Assembly: GCA_905178155.1 (NCBI GenBank)
Contig: CAJINV010000012.1
Span: 1,554,492-1,618,491 of the forward strand
Source: Amoebophrya sp. A120
Lineage: Eukaryota > Protista > Dinoflagellata
DNA length: 64,000 nucleotides
Direction: 5' to 3'
Of the stretch, positions 46,995 to 60,700 are shown piece by piece (position 1 is the stretch's first letter; every line of letters begins with the position of its first letter). The notes below the pieces were generated by a model, which was not told where the DNA came from, did not search any database, and worked only from the letters and a program-made list of their open reading frames with translations. The translations under genes were made by a program, and so were the position numbers.

Positions 46995-49900
46995 ATGCCC
47001 TGCAAGATCATGAAGGGCAGTGGTGGAAATAAAAGCACGCGAGGACCGGGGTCGTGGGCGCAAGTTGTAGTACTCAGCGGGCTACTTTTCCTGTGCAGCG
47101 CGCCATCCGGGGTCCAGGCCAAATTGCTTGAAAATTTAGCCGAAGGCAGCGAAGTAGAATATGAGGCTCAGCCGAAAAATCTATTTCGCCGCAAGCTGGA
47201 CAAGGTTCGTGACAAGCTGCGCGGGTTCCGAAAGTGGCTGCGCTCTATTTCGGGGATGAAGAAAAAGGTTGAGGAGGAGAATACTGGCTTGACATTTGCG
47301 GAGCACAAAAAGGAGCAGGTATCAAATGCAAAAATGTAGTCTGGGTCTGGAAGACGAAGATTGCGAGATTTGTCATGCTTGTCTGGCTACTTGACAAAAA
47401 AGTTTGTGATGCGTGTCCAAGAAGAGTTCCTTTTGCCTGTCATGCAACAACGCTGTTTCTCATGCGAAAAACGCAACACGAAGAACCGCAGATATTTCTC
47501 ATGCTTGGCTGTGCACTTTTACAGAGCATTTTTCACTATTCCCAACACAGTATTACAAGTTTGCAGACCCAGACATTTTTGCGTTTGATAGCAGGCTGGG
47601 CCGATCGATCCCGCGATGACCGACGGTATCAAATGTAAAAATGTCTGGGTCTGGAAGAATCCAACTTGTCATGCTGATTTTGGATTCTAAAAAAATCTGT
47701 ATTGCATGAGCAGCAAAGAGAGTCCAAGTTTTGCTACACGGAAAACGCATTTGTCATGCGGTATAGGCATCAGGGAGCCGTCACAAAATCTGTGATGCTA
47801 GGGCATGCATCACCGACATCAGGAGTCATGAAAAATGTGCATGACAAACATGCACTCTTCCAGACCCAGACATTTTTACATTTGATAGACGGACAGGTGG
47901 AAGCACTGACGGAGGGCATGCAGGGGGAGAAACTACCGGCGCAAAACCCGGAATACCTGAAGCAGATGCAAAACCTGGATGCGCGCGGCTGTAACACGTG
48001 TTATCGGATTCGGAAGGTGTTCGAGGGCACGGTTTTCGCCGGAGGGGGCATGAAATACTTCATGTATGTGGCGCTGTTTCTGGCCCTGTATGTGGGGTCC
48101 ACCGTGGGTACCATGGGACTGATTTGGATATCCAGTGTAAATATGTCTGGGTCTGGAGCAATGCAATATGTGACGCTACCTTTGGATTTCAAAAAAATCT
48201 GTATTGCATGATTACTAGCAAAGGGAATGGAATTTTCGCTACGGGGGAAGGGTGTTTGTCATGCGGAATAGGTCGTATCAAGTTCAAGGAGCCTTCAACA
48301 AATCTGTGATGCCAGGGCATGCATCACAGATCGATCATGACTCATGCAAAACGTGCATGACAGATTCTCCCAGACCCAGACATATTTGCATTTGATATCG
48401 GACCACCATTCCGGCGGTGTGGGGTAGCGTGAGTGCCTATGGAAGCGTTAGGACCGAAATCGACAAAGTTTCTATATGCATAAAATCAATACCAGTTGGG
48501 CCCACAGTTTATAGTCGGCGCATGACAAATCTTCCCCGCGCGGGCAGCGAATCTGTCGCGCTGTTTAGGGCAACGGAGCTCCCTTCTGTCATGCTAGTCA
48601 GCAGCCCAATCCTTGCCCCTGAAGAATAGCACTACATATATAATTATGAATCTGCCTCCCTGGCGTCTTCATCTTCTGCAATAAGGTCACTTTGTGCGTC
48701 GACGTCGCATTTTATGCGTGACAGACTAGTGCAACTTTGTCGATTTCATCGATCCTGACACTCTGATAAGGCCAGTATCCAAGCAGGGGCGACCTTCGGG
48801 GCTGCTTTGAAGGCCGTGCTGTTGACGCCTACGATTATACAGCCGGCGCTGCACAGCTTTTTCCTCATGCTTAGCTGCTCTGTGGCGAGAATATCCGACT
48901 GCACATCAACTTGCCCTTCGTCCCCTCATTTGCATGTTGGCATAAACAGCAATACAAACTCCACCGGCACACGCACACGTGTTGAGGCCTGGTGTCGCGC
49001 ATGACACCTTCGCAGGAGGCCGAGTGTAGTATTCTAATTCGATTTGCGCTACCGGAATTTGTCATGCGAACAGTGCCACCAGGCAGCAGTTGGATTTGGG
49101 ATTTTGCATGACAAGTGAGCGGGACCACGAGGGGGAGTTGTGCACTCTCACAGAGAACAAGGCTGGTGGACAAGTTTACGAATTTGTTGCAGGACCAGCT
49201 GTATCCAGTGCAGGTATTTGTCTGGGTCTGGATGAAGTCAGACACTTGTCATCGACAGTTTTTGCAGCTTCACAAAGGTGATGTGGAAAAATGCACACAG
49301 AGCATGACAAATGAATGGGATCATACCGATTCATGCCTAAGAACCCGCATGAGAAATACTGTCTTGATGTCCCGAGACAAAAATCTGGCATCTTTTGCTG
49401 ACCATGCAGCACAGATTTTTTGCCTGTTCCAAAATTTGATGCATCACAAGTTTGCATCCTTCCAGATGACCCCGATCGATATTTGCAGTGCATAAGCTGC
49501 AGCAAAAAGCGAACGAGATCGCTGTGTCGGGCGCTAGATCAGGCAGAGGGATGACGACAAAGTATCAAAAGGAAAAATCCCCCCTCCCCATATCGAAAAG
49601 GAGATCCGTGATGCTGGATTTGCGTACACAAATCTAATCAGATTTGTCTTGCAGTAGAGGACTGCACGCAGATCGCAGGGCTAGATAGGGGCCTTTTGGT
49701 GTAGGCGCCTAGCATGGTACTAGACTGCTGCCCTGTAGTCCTTACAGCATTTGTACAAATCGCCTGCGTAGCGTGTCGGAGAGCCTGGATCTGCCTTTTA
49801 GCAAGACAGGCAGGATTTGTGGCCACAAATCTGCAGCACAAATTTTTAGGAGTTACGTTTTTAATTTGGTGAGGGGGGATTTTTCCTTGCAATACAAAGG

Positions 49901-52900
49901 AAGCCGCCATGGGCCGTCAGCAAGCGTTCACCTTTACGAAGCTGATGACGCAAGCGCTTCCCACGGCGATTGCCGGCGGGGCCTCGACGCTGGGGACTTT
50001 GGCGTACGCTGTTCCTATGGTCGGTTTGGGAAATTGGATCTTTCTGGTTCCCATTTTCACGGCACTTGCTCCTGGTATGGCGACGTGGAACATGCCCGCT
50101 CTTGATAGCCAGATCGCCGCGCAGGAGAAGGAATTGGAACGTCTCCAGGAAGAAGTGCTCCGGACGCGGTCCGCGTTGCAGAGCCCGGACGAACTGCAAA
50201 CGCTTCGGGAAAATGCGCACCTGGGTTACAGCCTGGCGGACAAGAGCCTTCCGGCGGAGAAAAAGGAAGCCGAGGCCAAAGTAAAACTGGAGTCGCTGAA
50301 AAAAACCAAGGCAAGCATTGTCAATTTCATTTCGTCAGTGTCCTCAGTTCTTCAGCTTTTTCTGATGTATTTTGGAATTATTAATGCAGAGCTGGGCCCT
50401 GGAAATCCGCTGGAGAAAGAGCTGCCTCAGTGGATCTTGCCAAAAAATCCGTTGACTCCCACAAAGGCCGTGACCATCAGAGCCAGCACCAGCATTGTTG
50501 GGAGCAAGAGCATGGACTTTGCTCAGTCGCTTTTCAGTTTGAAAACGGAGGGTTACAACAGTATCAAATGCAAATATCGATCTGGGTCTGGAAGAGTCAT
50601 GCTGCTTTTGCATGACACAGAAGGAGGTCTAGCATGGAAGCTCTAGCGTCACAGGTTCTTTCGAGAAGCTTATTCCGCAATGCCGAATCCGCATGACGAG
50701 TGCCTCATTTTGGTGGCAGAAAGTTGGCAACTTATGCTGCCTAGGCTTGAGAGATTCTTATGTGTTGTGCAATGTGCAATACAAGTTTGCATTCTTCCCC
50801 GGACCCAGACATATTTGCGATGCATAAACAGCAAGCAGATGCAAAAGTACCTGGACCTCTTTTCCCGCGCCCCGGTGGCCCTATCAAATGCAAAAATGTC
50901 TGGGTCTGGAAGGTTGGAACTTGTGCTGCTAACTTTGGACTCTAAAAAGATCTGTATTGCATGACCAGCAAGAGGAGCCACATTTGTGCTGCGCGAGGAG
51001 GGCATTTGTCATGCGGAAATGGCATCAGGAAGCCTTCCAAAAATCTGTGATGCTGGGTCATGAATACATACAAGCATCATGGGTTATGCCAGACAAGCAT
51101 GACAAGCCTTGCATTCTTCCAGACCCAGACATATTGTCACTTGATAGGACCATCTCTTTGACAAGAACCAGACGAGCGGCACGCTTGACCGCGTGGGCTA
51201 TCGGATGGAAATATTACAATGAAAAATGCCCCCACCCCCAAAGTTGCGAAAATTTGTGATGCATAAGGTTTTCAAATGAAGAACTTTTTATCTATGCGTG
51301 AAAGGAGTATGAACCTTTCTGCTGCAAAATCTAGGTGTATATCGCATCGCTTGCATGACAAGCGCCGGTCTTGTCGGGGTCTCTTGCAATACAAAGTTTT
51401 GCTCTTCACGGTTGGAAATCTGTGATGCAAATGGATGCAAGATTGCGAATGTTTCATTTGGAAAGGTTTGCAATACAACAAATGCTCCCAAGTTCGGGGG
51501 TGGGGGCACTTTTCATTGTAAGAGGAAAGCGTGAACGTTCGCTTCAAGATTTGGCCCGAACGCGGACAGCCGACGGTATGGCGTTCTCAAATGTTACATT
51601 CGCAGCTGTTACGTGATTTGTCATGCAAAATTGCAATCAGAATCGACACGATCAAGCTGCTTCGCATGACAAATTCCCGAAGTAGAGCCCAACAGGCTGA
51701 GAATCTGTGCCAAATCTGTCGTCGTGCAAGACGCGCAACAAGGTCCCCTATTTCACTGTTGCAGTTCTTGCACCACATCAAACCCACGTAACAGTTGAGG
51801 ACGTAACGGTGGAGAACGCCATAGACGGTCGACGTGCCTGGCGGTTCCTTTTTCTACTTGAGAGCGCCCTCGGGCGGTGGGAAGAGCGTGCTGCTGAGCA
51901 TGATGTTTGGCAGTTTGGTATCAGAAGGAAAAATGCTCACTCCCCATATTGAACAGGTATGTTTCCGAAAATTTGCGTTGCTGATTTGACGTCACAAATC
52001 ACATCTGTATTGGAAGAAGACAAGGGCAGAAGCTTGCGCCCCATTATGGGAGCGATTTGCCATGCTGTTGGACCTAAAGGGGAGCCGTTTGACATGCTGA
52101 ACAACTAGACGTATACGCCCCTACCTAGCCTTGGGACCTGGCCGCACGCAGTGCCTCTCTGCAATACAAAGCTGACTTGTGTACACAAATCCAGCAGCAG
52201 AAATTCCGTTTTGATATGGGGAGGGGGTATTTTTTCATTCGATATTTGGACCCCGAGTTCGGCACGCGCGAAATTTTGTGGAACGGGGTGGACCTGGGCC
52301 GCGCGAATATCAAATGTAAAAATGTCTGGGTCTGGAAGAGTGCGCGACTTGTCATGCTGCTCTTCCATGACCCATGAGGTCTGGAATGCAGGATCTAGCA
52401 TGACAGATTCTGCGAGACCTTTCTCATGCCTATCCTGCATGAGAAACTCCCTCCCGACTTTCTTCAAAACTGGACGACTTCTGGTAATCATGCAACACAG
52501 ATTTTTCCATGCTGCAGATTTAGCATGACAAGTTGCAATCTTCCAGACCCAGACATTTTTACATTTGATAGCGAAAGGCACCGAACAACAGGGCCGGGAG
52601 ATGGACAAAGAAAACGACCGCGAAATGTATAACGTGCTCAGCTGTTTCAATCTCAAACGTGATTTGTCTTGCATGATCTCAATAGAATCTGAGATTTGTC
52701 TTGCATGATGAGCATGACAGACTCGCAGAGCCGCGCTCCACTCAATAAGTACAAACTTCGCCAGATGATTGTAGTGGGGTTTGGGGCTCCGGAACTTGTC
52801 ATGCGCAATCCTAGGAGAGTTGGCTAGGTCATGCGCTCTTGCATCACAGATTTTTGTAACACCTGAGCGGGTTATAAAGTGGCGCTGTCCCGGATGTTGT

Positions 52901-55868
52901 ACCACCAGGTCGTGGCCTATGAGAGTGCACAACCCCCCCTCCCCCTCATTTGTCATGCGAAATACCAAATCCAAGCTCTGCGTCTGCCTCTGTCTCTTGT
53001 CGTGTAGTTTGCATGACAACTTCTGGTAGCCCTGCCCTTAGCCTTCCAACATGACAACTTCTGGTAGCCCTGCCCTTAGCCTTCCAACATGACAACTTCT
53101 GGTAGCCCTGCCCTTAGCCTTCCAACATGACAACTTCTGGTAGCCCAAATAGCACTACAATCCAGTGCAAATAATTTGTCATGCAAAACCGGCATTCTTT
53201 TTCTTGCTGACGCTTGTATTTTTGCCGTTCATGCTATACAAATGAGGGGGAACAAAGGGGAGCTGTGCACTCCCATAGTGCCAGTCAAAAGATCAGCATT
53301 CACCAGATGACGGGGACCGTGCGTGACCAGGTGCTCCAGGCAAACCCGTACAGCCTTGGTGCGAAGTATGGAAGCGTCAGGATTGTTGAAATCGTCAAAG
53401 TTGAAATACTAGTTTGTGATGCATAAAATGCAACGACAAAGTGCCTGTCTTGCTGAGTACTTAGGCAAGGGAGGCAGATTGTAAGCCTGTTGAGGGGTAA
53501 GTACTAGAAATAGAGCTGCTAAACTAGCATGACAAAGAGTGTCTTTCTTACCCAAACAGCATTACAAAGTGGATTTCGGTTCTACTCAAATTTGTCATGC
53601 GCCACTTGAAAACTACGCATCAAGTGGCGCCCGTTTTATGCATCTCAAATTTCTCTCAACTTTGTCGATTTCGATCCTGACACTAGCATACGAAGGAGGT
53701 TGTCGAGGCCGCGAAGCTCGCGAAGATTTGGCCCAAGCTGGCGCTATCCTGTGCAAAAGTATCGTACTCGTACAAATGCATTACAAATTTCCTAAGCATG
53801 AGAAATAAAATTTGTAATGCGCTTTTACCTTGAGAGCAAGATTTGTAATGCATGTTTGCGATTACTACGAGTACGATACTTTTGCACAGGATAGGCGCAG
53901 TACGCGCGGACGACACTCGTGTTTGGGGAACAAACGACCGATGAGCTGCGAAAGAAAAAAAGCGGCAGCGGGCTTTTCTCTTTTTTTCGGCGCAAGAATA
54001 ACCAGAAACTTGATGTGTCGCGGCGGAACACCATGACGGCGGAAGCAGTGGAAGCGCTGAGTGACGTCGATCTGGCGGAAAAGCTGCTCGACATGCAAGG
54101 GTATGAACTGCAAAAGTATCGTACTCGTATAAATGCATTACAAATTTTCTCAGCATGAGACATAAAATTTGTCATGCTGATTTGCATTGACAAAGAAATT
54201 TGTAATGCAAGACTTGCATTTGTACGAGGACGATACTTTTGCACAGGATAAAGGACTTCGTGGTCAAATGTCGCGCGGGGAATATCGCACGAAAAAACTG
54301 TAGTTTCACTGTGAACTTGTGATGCATAGAATGGAGTACACAACTATTTGTCTTGCTACACACGCAAGACATTGGGATTTTCAACGTGCTTTGCCTTAGG
54401 AAGCACGCATGGCAAGTTTTCTTGGTCATGTGTAAGAACGAACTTGTAATGCAAAACTTGCAAGACCAAAATCTTTACAGTGAAGCAGTTTTTTCGTACG
54501 ATAGAGAAGGGAATCGGTACAATCTGGTGTGGGCCTTGCTGATGCGTCCGCGCGTTTTGTTTATGGACGAGGCAACGGATGGTTTGGATGAGCCTACGCA
54601 GCTGGAGGTGGTGCGCAACATCTTTTGTTTTGCGGCCACACGGGGAACCACGGTGATCTTCACCACGCATGAGGTGCAACTCTACGCCAGAGCCCTGTTC
54701 GGCGACGCCCACCGGGACATTCTGGATCAGAAGGTGGGCAACCCGGGATGCCGCGCGGACTTGAGCGCTTTTGGCAGCCTGCAAACGTTTACCAAGTGCA
54801 AAAATGTCTGGGTCTGGAAGACTGCAACTACTTGTGATGCTGCGTTTGGATTTTTCCAAAAAAATCTGTATTGCATCAGTAGCAAAGATGAAAATGCAAC
54901 TTTTTCTACGCTGAGAAGGCATTTGTCATGCGGAATAGGCATCAAGAAGCCCCCAAAAAATCTGTATTGCTAGGGTATGCATCACAGACGTCATGGCTCA
55001 TGCAAAACGTGCATTGCATCTTGTCAGAACCTTCCAGACCCAGACACTTTTACAGTTGATAACGTTGGGGCAACTGTGCGCCACCGCCCGCGAAAACGCG
55101 GGGTACGATTTTCCGGCAGACCACCCCACGATATCAAGTGCAAAAATGTCTGGGTCTCCTGGAAGATTGGTAGGTTTGTGATGCAGGTTTTCCATGACTC
55201 ACGCGGTCTGCCATGCACAGCCTGGCATGACAGGCTCTGTGAGATCTCTATCATGCCGCTCCTGCATGAGAAACTGCCTCTAAACTTGTTCAAAAGTGGA
55301 CCTCTTTTGGTAATCATGCAACACAAATTTGTCCCAGTTCCAGATGTAGCATGACAAGTTACACTCTTCCAGACCCTCTAGCCTAGGCATATTTGCAATG
55401 CATACACGAAAAACTGGAACGATCCTTTGCCGGAAAGGTTTCAGCACAAGCTGGTCACCCGTTTCGACCCGGACCCCGCGCTGCCCTGCTATGTATTGGA
55501 AATATGTTGTCTGGGTCTGGAAGAATGGAACTTGCAATGCTGTCTGCGGATTCTAGAAATATCTGTGTTGCATGAGCAGCAAGAGGTGTCAGTTCTTGGT
55601 ACGCGGAGAGGGCATTTCTCATGTGTAATAAGCATCAAGAAGCTTTCAAAAAATCTGTGATGCTAGAACCAGCATCACAGACCTCATGGGTCATGCAAAA
55701 TGTGCATGACAAGCCCCGACTCTTCCAGACCCAGACATATTTGCAATGCATACCTGCGCTGTGGAACCCACCGAGAAGGGGGTCGTGGGCGGCGAAGAGG
55801 ACGAGGACCTCTCCGCTCTCGACGAAGATGACGTTGAAAAGGACGATGCTAGTACCGCGGCCGGGTGA
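46995..55868 (+). CDS. ABC transporter-like protein (N-terminal signal/TM segments plus one nucleotide-binding domain); 22 introners
   Basis: Spliced Walker A FFYLRAPSGGGKSVLL, Q-loop VVASQK..GTVRDQV, EVVEAAKLAKI, signature MSRGEGNR, Walker B/D-loop RVLFMDEATDGLDE, H-loop TTVIFTTHE; stop TGA at 55866-55868. Confidence 0.88.
47320..47590. mobile_element. TIR introner, family A
   Basis: TSD gcagg/gcagg. Confidence 0.92.
47627..47887. mobile_element. TIR introner, family A
   Basis: TSD gacgg/gacgg. Confidence 0.92.
48129..48397. mobile_element. TIR introner, family A
   Basis: TSD ttgga/tcgga. Confidence 0.9.
48438..48768. mobile_element. TIR introner, family G
   Basis: TSD gtgcc/aggcc. Confidence 0.85.
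48892..49152. mobile_element. TIR introner, family D
   Basis: TSD gagaa/gagaa. Confidence 0.88.
49202..49494. mobile_element. TIR introner, family A
   Basis: TSD agctg/agctg. Confidence 0.9.
49563..49894. mobile_element. TIR introner, family E2
   Basis: TSD caaag/caaag. Confidence 0.92.
50562..50826. mobile_element. TIR introner, family A
   Basis: TSD aacag/aacag. Confidence 0.92.
50882..51146. mobile_element. TIR introner, family A
   Basis: TSD ggccc/ggacc. Confidence 0.9.
51212..51523. mobile_element. TIR introner, family E (reverse orientation to 16159)
   Basis: TSD ggaaa/ggaaa. Confidence 0.9.
51577..51823. mobile_element. TIR introner, family I (TATGGCGTTCTC...GAGAACGCCATA)
   Basis: TSD gacgg/gacgg. 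Confidence 0.92.
51919..52244. mobile_element. TIR introner, family E2
   Basis: TSD tttgg/tttgg. Confidence 0.92.
52308..52570. mobile_element. TIR introner, family A
   Basis: TSD gcgaa/gcgaa. Confidence 0.92.
52628..52876. mobile_element. TIR introner, family H
   Basis: TSD aaatg/aagtg. Confidence 0.88.
52918..53277. mobile_element. TIR introner, family D, containing a 38-bp tandem repeat x3.5 (53012-53146)
   Basis: TSD tggcc/gtgcc; unit catgacaacttctggtagccctgcccttagccttccaa. Confidence 0.88.
53367..53690. mobile_element. TIR introner, family G
   Basis: TSD cgaag/cgaag. Confidence 0.92.
53745..53893. mobile_element. TIR introner, family B
   Basis: TSD ggcgc/ggcgc. Confidence 0.92.
54102..54250. 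mobile_element. TIR introner, family B
   Basis: TSD aaggg/aagga. Confidence 0.9.
54283..54503. mobile_element. TIR introner, family F
   Basis: TSD gggaa/gagaa; interrupts the ABC signature region. Confidence 0.9.
54790..55061. mobile_element. TIR introner, family A
   Basis: TSD acgtt/acgtt. Confidence 0.9.
55132..55404. mobile_element. TIR introner, family A
   Basis: TSD cacga/cacga. Confidence 0.9.
55490..55752. mobile_element. TIR introner, family A
   Basis: TSD cctgc/cctgc. Confidence 0.92.
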
Positions 55869-57756
55869 AGGGAAAGCCGAGTGCTGTCATGTTCTTCGAT
55901 TGCAAAATACTCTACCATGAACAATATGAGCGCTTTCAGTTCAGTATACTTATTTCAATAATTTATATACGCATTTAAGAACTTTGAAAGAAAGTCGGGG
56001 GGATCAACAGAAGGGGGCTGAGGGAGTCATCGGAGTGAGATAAATCTTAATCTATAAATAAGTAAGTAACAAATAGGCTTCCGCCCCCTGTACAAGAACT
56101 GCCTATCATACTATATCACACGCTGCAATGCATGTTATTGTTCTTTCCGTACTTCCTCTCCGGGTTGTTTCTATCATACTACCGCACCAAATGGCGCTTG
56201 CTGCTCGAAAGAAACAGCCGCAACTAGTACCAACAAGCCAGACGAAATTTATCTTCTTCTGTACTTCGGCCCGAGCTACGCGGGGGGGCTCGGGTAAAAA
56301 TATTGAAAAGGGCCGGCCCCCCCTTTATTCCTCTTGCTCATGCTACGATGGATCGATGAAGCATGGAGTTCCTATGCTTCATCGACCATGAGTCGATGAT
56401 TGAAGTCAGGAAAGAACTGTAAATGAACAATTTTATTTTCAAAGAACCACGTGAGAAAACTCGAACAAGTATTATAGCACTTCTGAGTCGAACGATCGTT
56501 CACGGGTAGTTTGAATGACCCGTACAAGAACTACTAGCGCATATTTTTACTGTACAATTTTGCACATCGACGCTACGTTCGGGACCTCCCTCCAGATTGA
56601 TTAAGTAAACGAATAGGGGACCGCCCTTGCGACCGCCCTGCAGTCGTATCGTGGGTTTGTGGTAGCGAGCGATTTTTGATTTTATCAGCATCAGCACGAC
56701 ACTTCCATCTGCCCGATCTGCCTCGCGTAGTTTGAAAACTTCTACCCGGGCTGAGGTTCTACTTGTCTGTGCACGAGGTCCTCGCGGCTATACTGGCTGT
56801 TCCTGACTTCTTTCCCGTCCAGCTTCGTACTTCTTCTTGTTCTTACATCGGAAGTTTATCCCTGCGTCGTAGTTTATTGTTCCGCTTTATTCACTGACGC
56901 TCGTTACGTGATATGCATGTGAGCAGATTCAAAAAATCCTAGTATTAAAATAGAACAAAATTTTCTTCGTACACCTTGTTCTAAGTAGGGGTAATGAAAA
57001 TAATATCGGCAAGGGCCTGTAGTACTACGTCTCTTTTTCTACAGTGATGAATGTCGTCAAACAAAAATATGTTCTTGCATGAGGACGAGGACCAGCACAG
57101 TGCAGATCATCTGCATCAAGAATTATACGCCTCAGGGGGTGTCGTGGTGCAAGAAGATCAGGATCAAAGCAAACCAAATCAGAATCAAAAAGAGTGTCCA
57201 AAATGGAAGATCAGTACGACCTTCAAGTGATAGAAGTAGCAGTCGGCCTTTCGATCTTTCATGATCCAGAAGTCGTTAACACCAGCACGACCTGCTAAGG
57301 CTGCAATAGTAGAAGGCAGTCCGGAACAAGGGGAAGCAGCTCTAGCTCGTCCCAGGATATATGATTCAAATTCTTGATGGCCATTTCTCTAACGTTAAAT
57401 AAAGGAGCTCCACAAAGAATTGTCGACCACCGTTGCTGGGGCAGGGACGCCGATTTTTGGGTGGAACCAGCCACGGCCGCCGGAGGAACAAGCTCCTGGT
57501 GCCACGACATTGTGCTAAAAACGGCACTTGGAGGTCCTCCTCAACAAGGGCAGCAGCTTCGGTTGTGTGCCTCTGCTGCACAAAAGAGGGGCCCAGGCGT
57601 AGGACTTTTCGGAGAGCAGTAGAACTAGTTGGAGGGCGACGTCAATCGCGAAGAAGGTCATGGTCGCGGTCGTGGACCTTCAGCAGTGCTACAACAACGC
57701 AAGCACGACCTGGTCGTGCTTGACTAAACACGATTGCCTGGTGCAGCCTGGTCAAC

Positions 57757-60700
57757 ATGATATTCGTATTAGCATGGAACTACTTCGCCAGCCAGGTGTT
57801 TTTTCCTCTGCTTTTCGTCCCGTGGTTAGCACTCCCTCGGTTTTTTCATCCGGTGCTAGAAATTGTACCAGCCTGCTCCCGCCCCCTCCAGATGTTGACT
57901 CTTGTCACTGCCGAGCGCGACGTAGTCCTCAAAGCTGATGCAAGGCGGGAATCATCCATTTTAACGCAAGATGATTCACCCCCGAGCACCAGCACCTCCA
58001 GTAGCAGTACGTGCGACCCGAATTTCACTCAGTACCGGAAAGAGGCCTTGGAATTTGCGGAAAAATTGTTGCCGAAAAAGCGGTACTATCAAATGCAAAA
58101 ATGTCTGGGTCTGGAAGGGTCATGCTGTTTTTGCATGACACAGAAGGTCTGGCATGGAAGCGCTAGCATCACAGATTTCCGGGAGCTTCCACAATGCCGA
58201 ACCCGCATGACAAATCCTCCATTTTGGTGACAGAAAGTGGGCAGCTTTTGCTACCTATGCATGAGAGATTTTTCTGTGTTCTGAAATGCGCATAACAAGT
58301 TTGCATTCTTCCAGACATCCAGGGATATTTGCAATCCATAGGTACCCGGTCATTCAAGACCACGGCATTCCCGACCCTCTCCCGATTCATGCGAAGCCGC
58401 GAACGCCGACAAATTTCACATTCGGGGGGATTCTGCCGAGCGAAGCGCACGCCTTAGTGTCCGTGATCGAACAGTATATCCTGTGTAGATGATATGGATG
58501 TGTCAGGATCGAGATCGACAAAATCGAAATTATTTGTAATGCATAAAATGCTACGCAAAAAGCGACTCTATTGCAGAGGATGCAAGGAAGGCGGATTGTA
58601 GTCCTGGTAAGGGTTAAGTATTGGGCTGCTGACTAGCATGACAGAAGGCAGCTCCTTTTCCCTAAACCGCATGACAGATTCGCCTCCAGGATGCGGAGAA
58701 TTTGTCATGCGCCGACTACAAACTGTGGGTCTAACTGGCATCGATTTTGTGCATCACAAGTTTTTCGATTTTGTCAATTTCGATTCTGACACTTTCATAG
58801 ATGAAACGTCCCCACCCGATACTTGTCGTTGTCATGCAAATCTGCAGACCTAGTTAGAATAACGCTTCTCATGCGCAGCTCCATAAGCAGGAGCCGTTTT
58901 GAACGCTATCTTGCATCTGCGAGTAGTTTGTCCTGCAGAAATTAGGACGAGGCGACGTGATCGTGATCGATTTCTGATGCGGCTGCGGCTCTAGCTAAGT
59001 ACCCACGACGAAGCTGCAAGCTCAAATTTGTCGCGCGCAGCAGCCAAATCTTGTTGATTTGTGTAGCAAGGTGGTCGTCATCATCTTGACCATTATGGGA
59101 GGAGGACGTTTTATTTCCTGAGGATCCAGTATGGAGTCGATTTTGTGGTGGAATCCGGCACGGGTTTTGGCGTCAGCGCGGAAATGGTCGTCACAAATGC
59201 TTATGTGGACCGCAATAAAAACGACGACCTGGCAGATTACATCGAAAACGAAGATCAGATGGAAGAACAGCAGGAAAATAAGAAAAGTACGGAAAATATT
59301 TTTAAAGGCACGACTGTGAGGACTGAATCAAGCCCGGCGCCCTCCAGCACCTTTGTTTTTCATTCGTTCGAGCTCGAAGCCGATTGCAAGATGGATGGGA
59401 AAATAAACCACACAACTGGAGATCCAACTACGCTTGCAGCGGGTGGTGCCGGAACAGGACCACGCCAGAGTGCTGCTCCCTTAACTACCACTTCTGCTTC
59501 TACTGACGGTCCTGCTGCTGCAGCTGCTAACGCTAAGACCACTGCGAAAGAACAAAGCAATCGCAAAGCAAATGCTGGCGCAACATCTACTTCACAGAAC
59601 ATCAAGTACAGCGAGGACGAGATCAGCGCCGCTCTGGTTTTCGAGGAGGACTACAGCAGGCAGGATGCAAAACTCACGTCAAACACTACCTCTACATCAA
59701 CCCCAGTCGTGGCCGCCACCCGTTCTTGCACAACCTCCGCACACACCTGGAACGCGACCGTTGCGCGAATCTTTCGCCTATCAACTTCAAAAATGTCTGG
59801 GTCTGGAAGATTGCCAAGTTTGTCATGCATATTCTGAATGACCCACGATATCTGTGATGCATGCCCTAGCATCACAGATTTTTAGAGGGCTTTGCGATGC
59901 CTCTACCGCATGAGAAGTGCCGTCACTGCGTTGCACAAAGTGGAGTCCTCTTGTTGGTCATGCAAGACTGATTTTTTTTACCTTCCAAAGACAGCATCAC
60001 AAGTTGCAACCTTCCAGACCCAGACATATTTGCATTCCATATCGCCGAACAAGCGCGATTCTGCACGACCGGGATGGGGGACGGCTGTACCAGAAGGAAT
60101 TTCTCAAATTGCCCTTCTCCACCTACTTGCACAAAACCGGAAAAGGCGACAACCTTCACAAAGCGACATCAGGAGCTCCGCCTGCATCAAAAACTTCGAG
60201 GAGGAACCCATGGTTCTCCCCTTCCTCTACTTCTGATCCCTCCATTTCTATGTGCAGCGACGACGCAGAAAACAAAATCTCTCCCCGCCTCGGCGCCGAC
60301 CGGTTTCAGGGTGAAAATTTGATTATCCTGTGCAAAATTAAGAGTGTCGTATTTGATCATGTCGTACTGAGCGCACGACCGCAGTGATGCAATAAAACAA
60401 ATTATCCCCTTGCTTTCCGAGCTAGATCAGCTGCATGAAGAAGTCGAATTTGTGCTGCACTTTGCATTTGCTCATTTGTATTATTCCGCAAAAATAAGTA
60501 CTGTCAGTACTACGATACTTTTGCATATCCATATCACTGACGCTCTACGAGGAGGATACTGTCCGACCGTATGGGCAGAACCTGCACAAGAACGGACTCC
60601 AGGGGTTTTGCAAGGACGAAGTGTCACGAAAATTGGGCCAAATCCCAGAGAACATCGTCAGTGGGGTGCTCGTATGCACTGCAAACAAATATGTCTGGGA

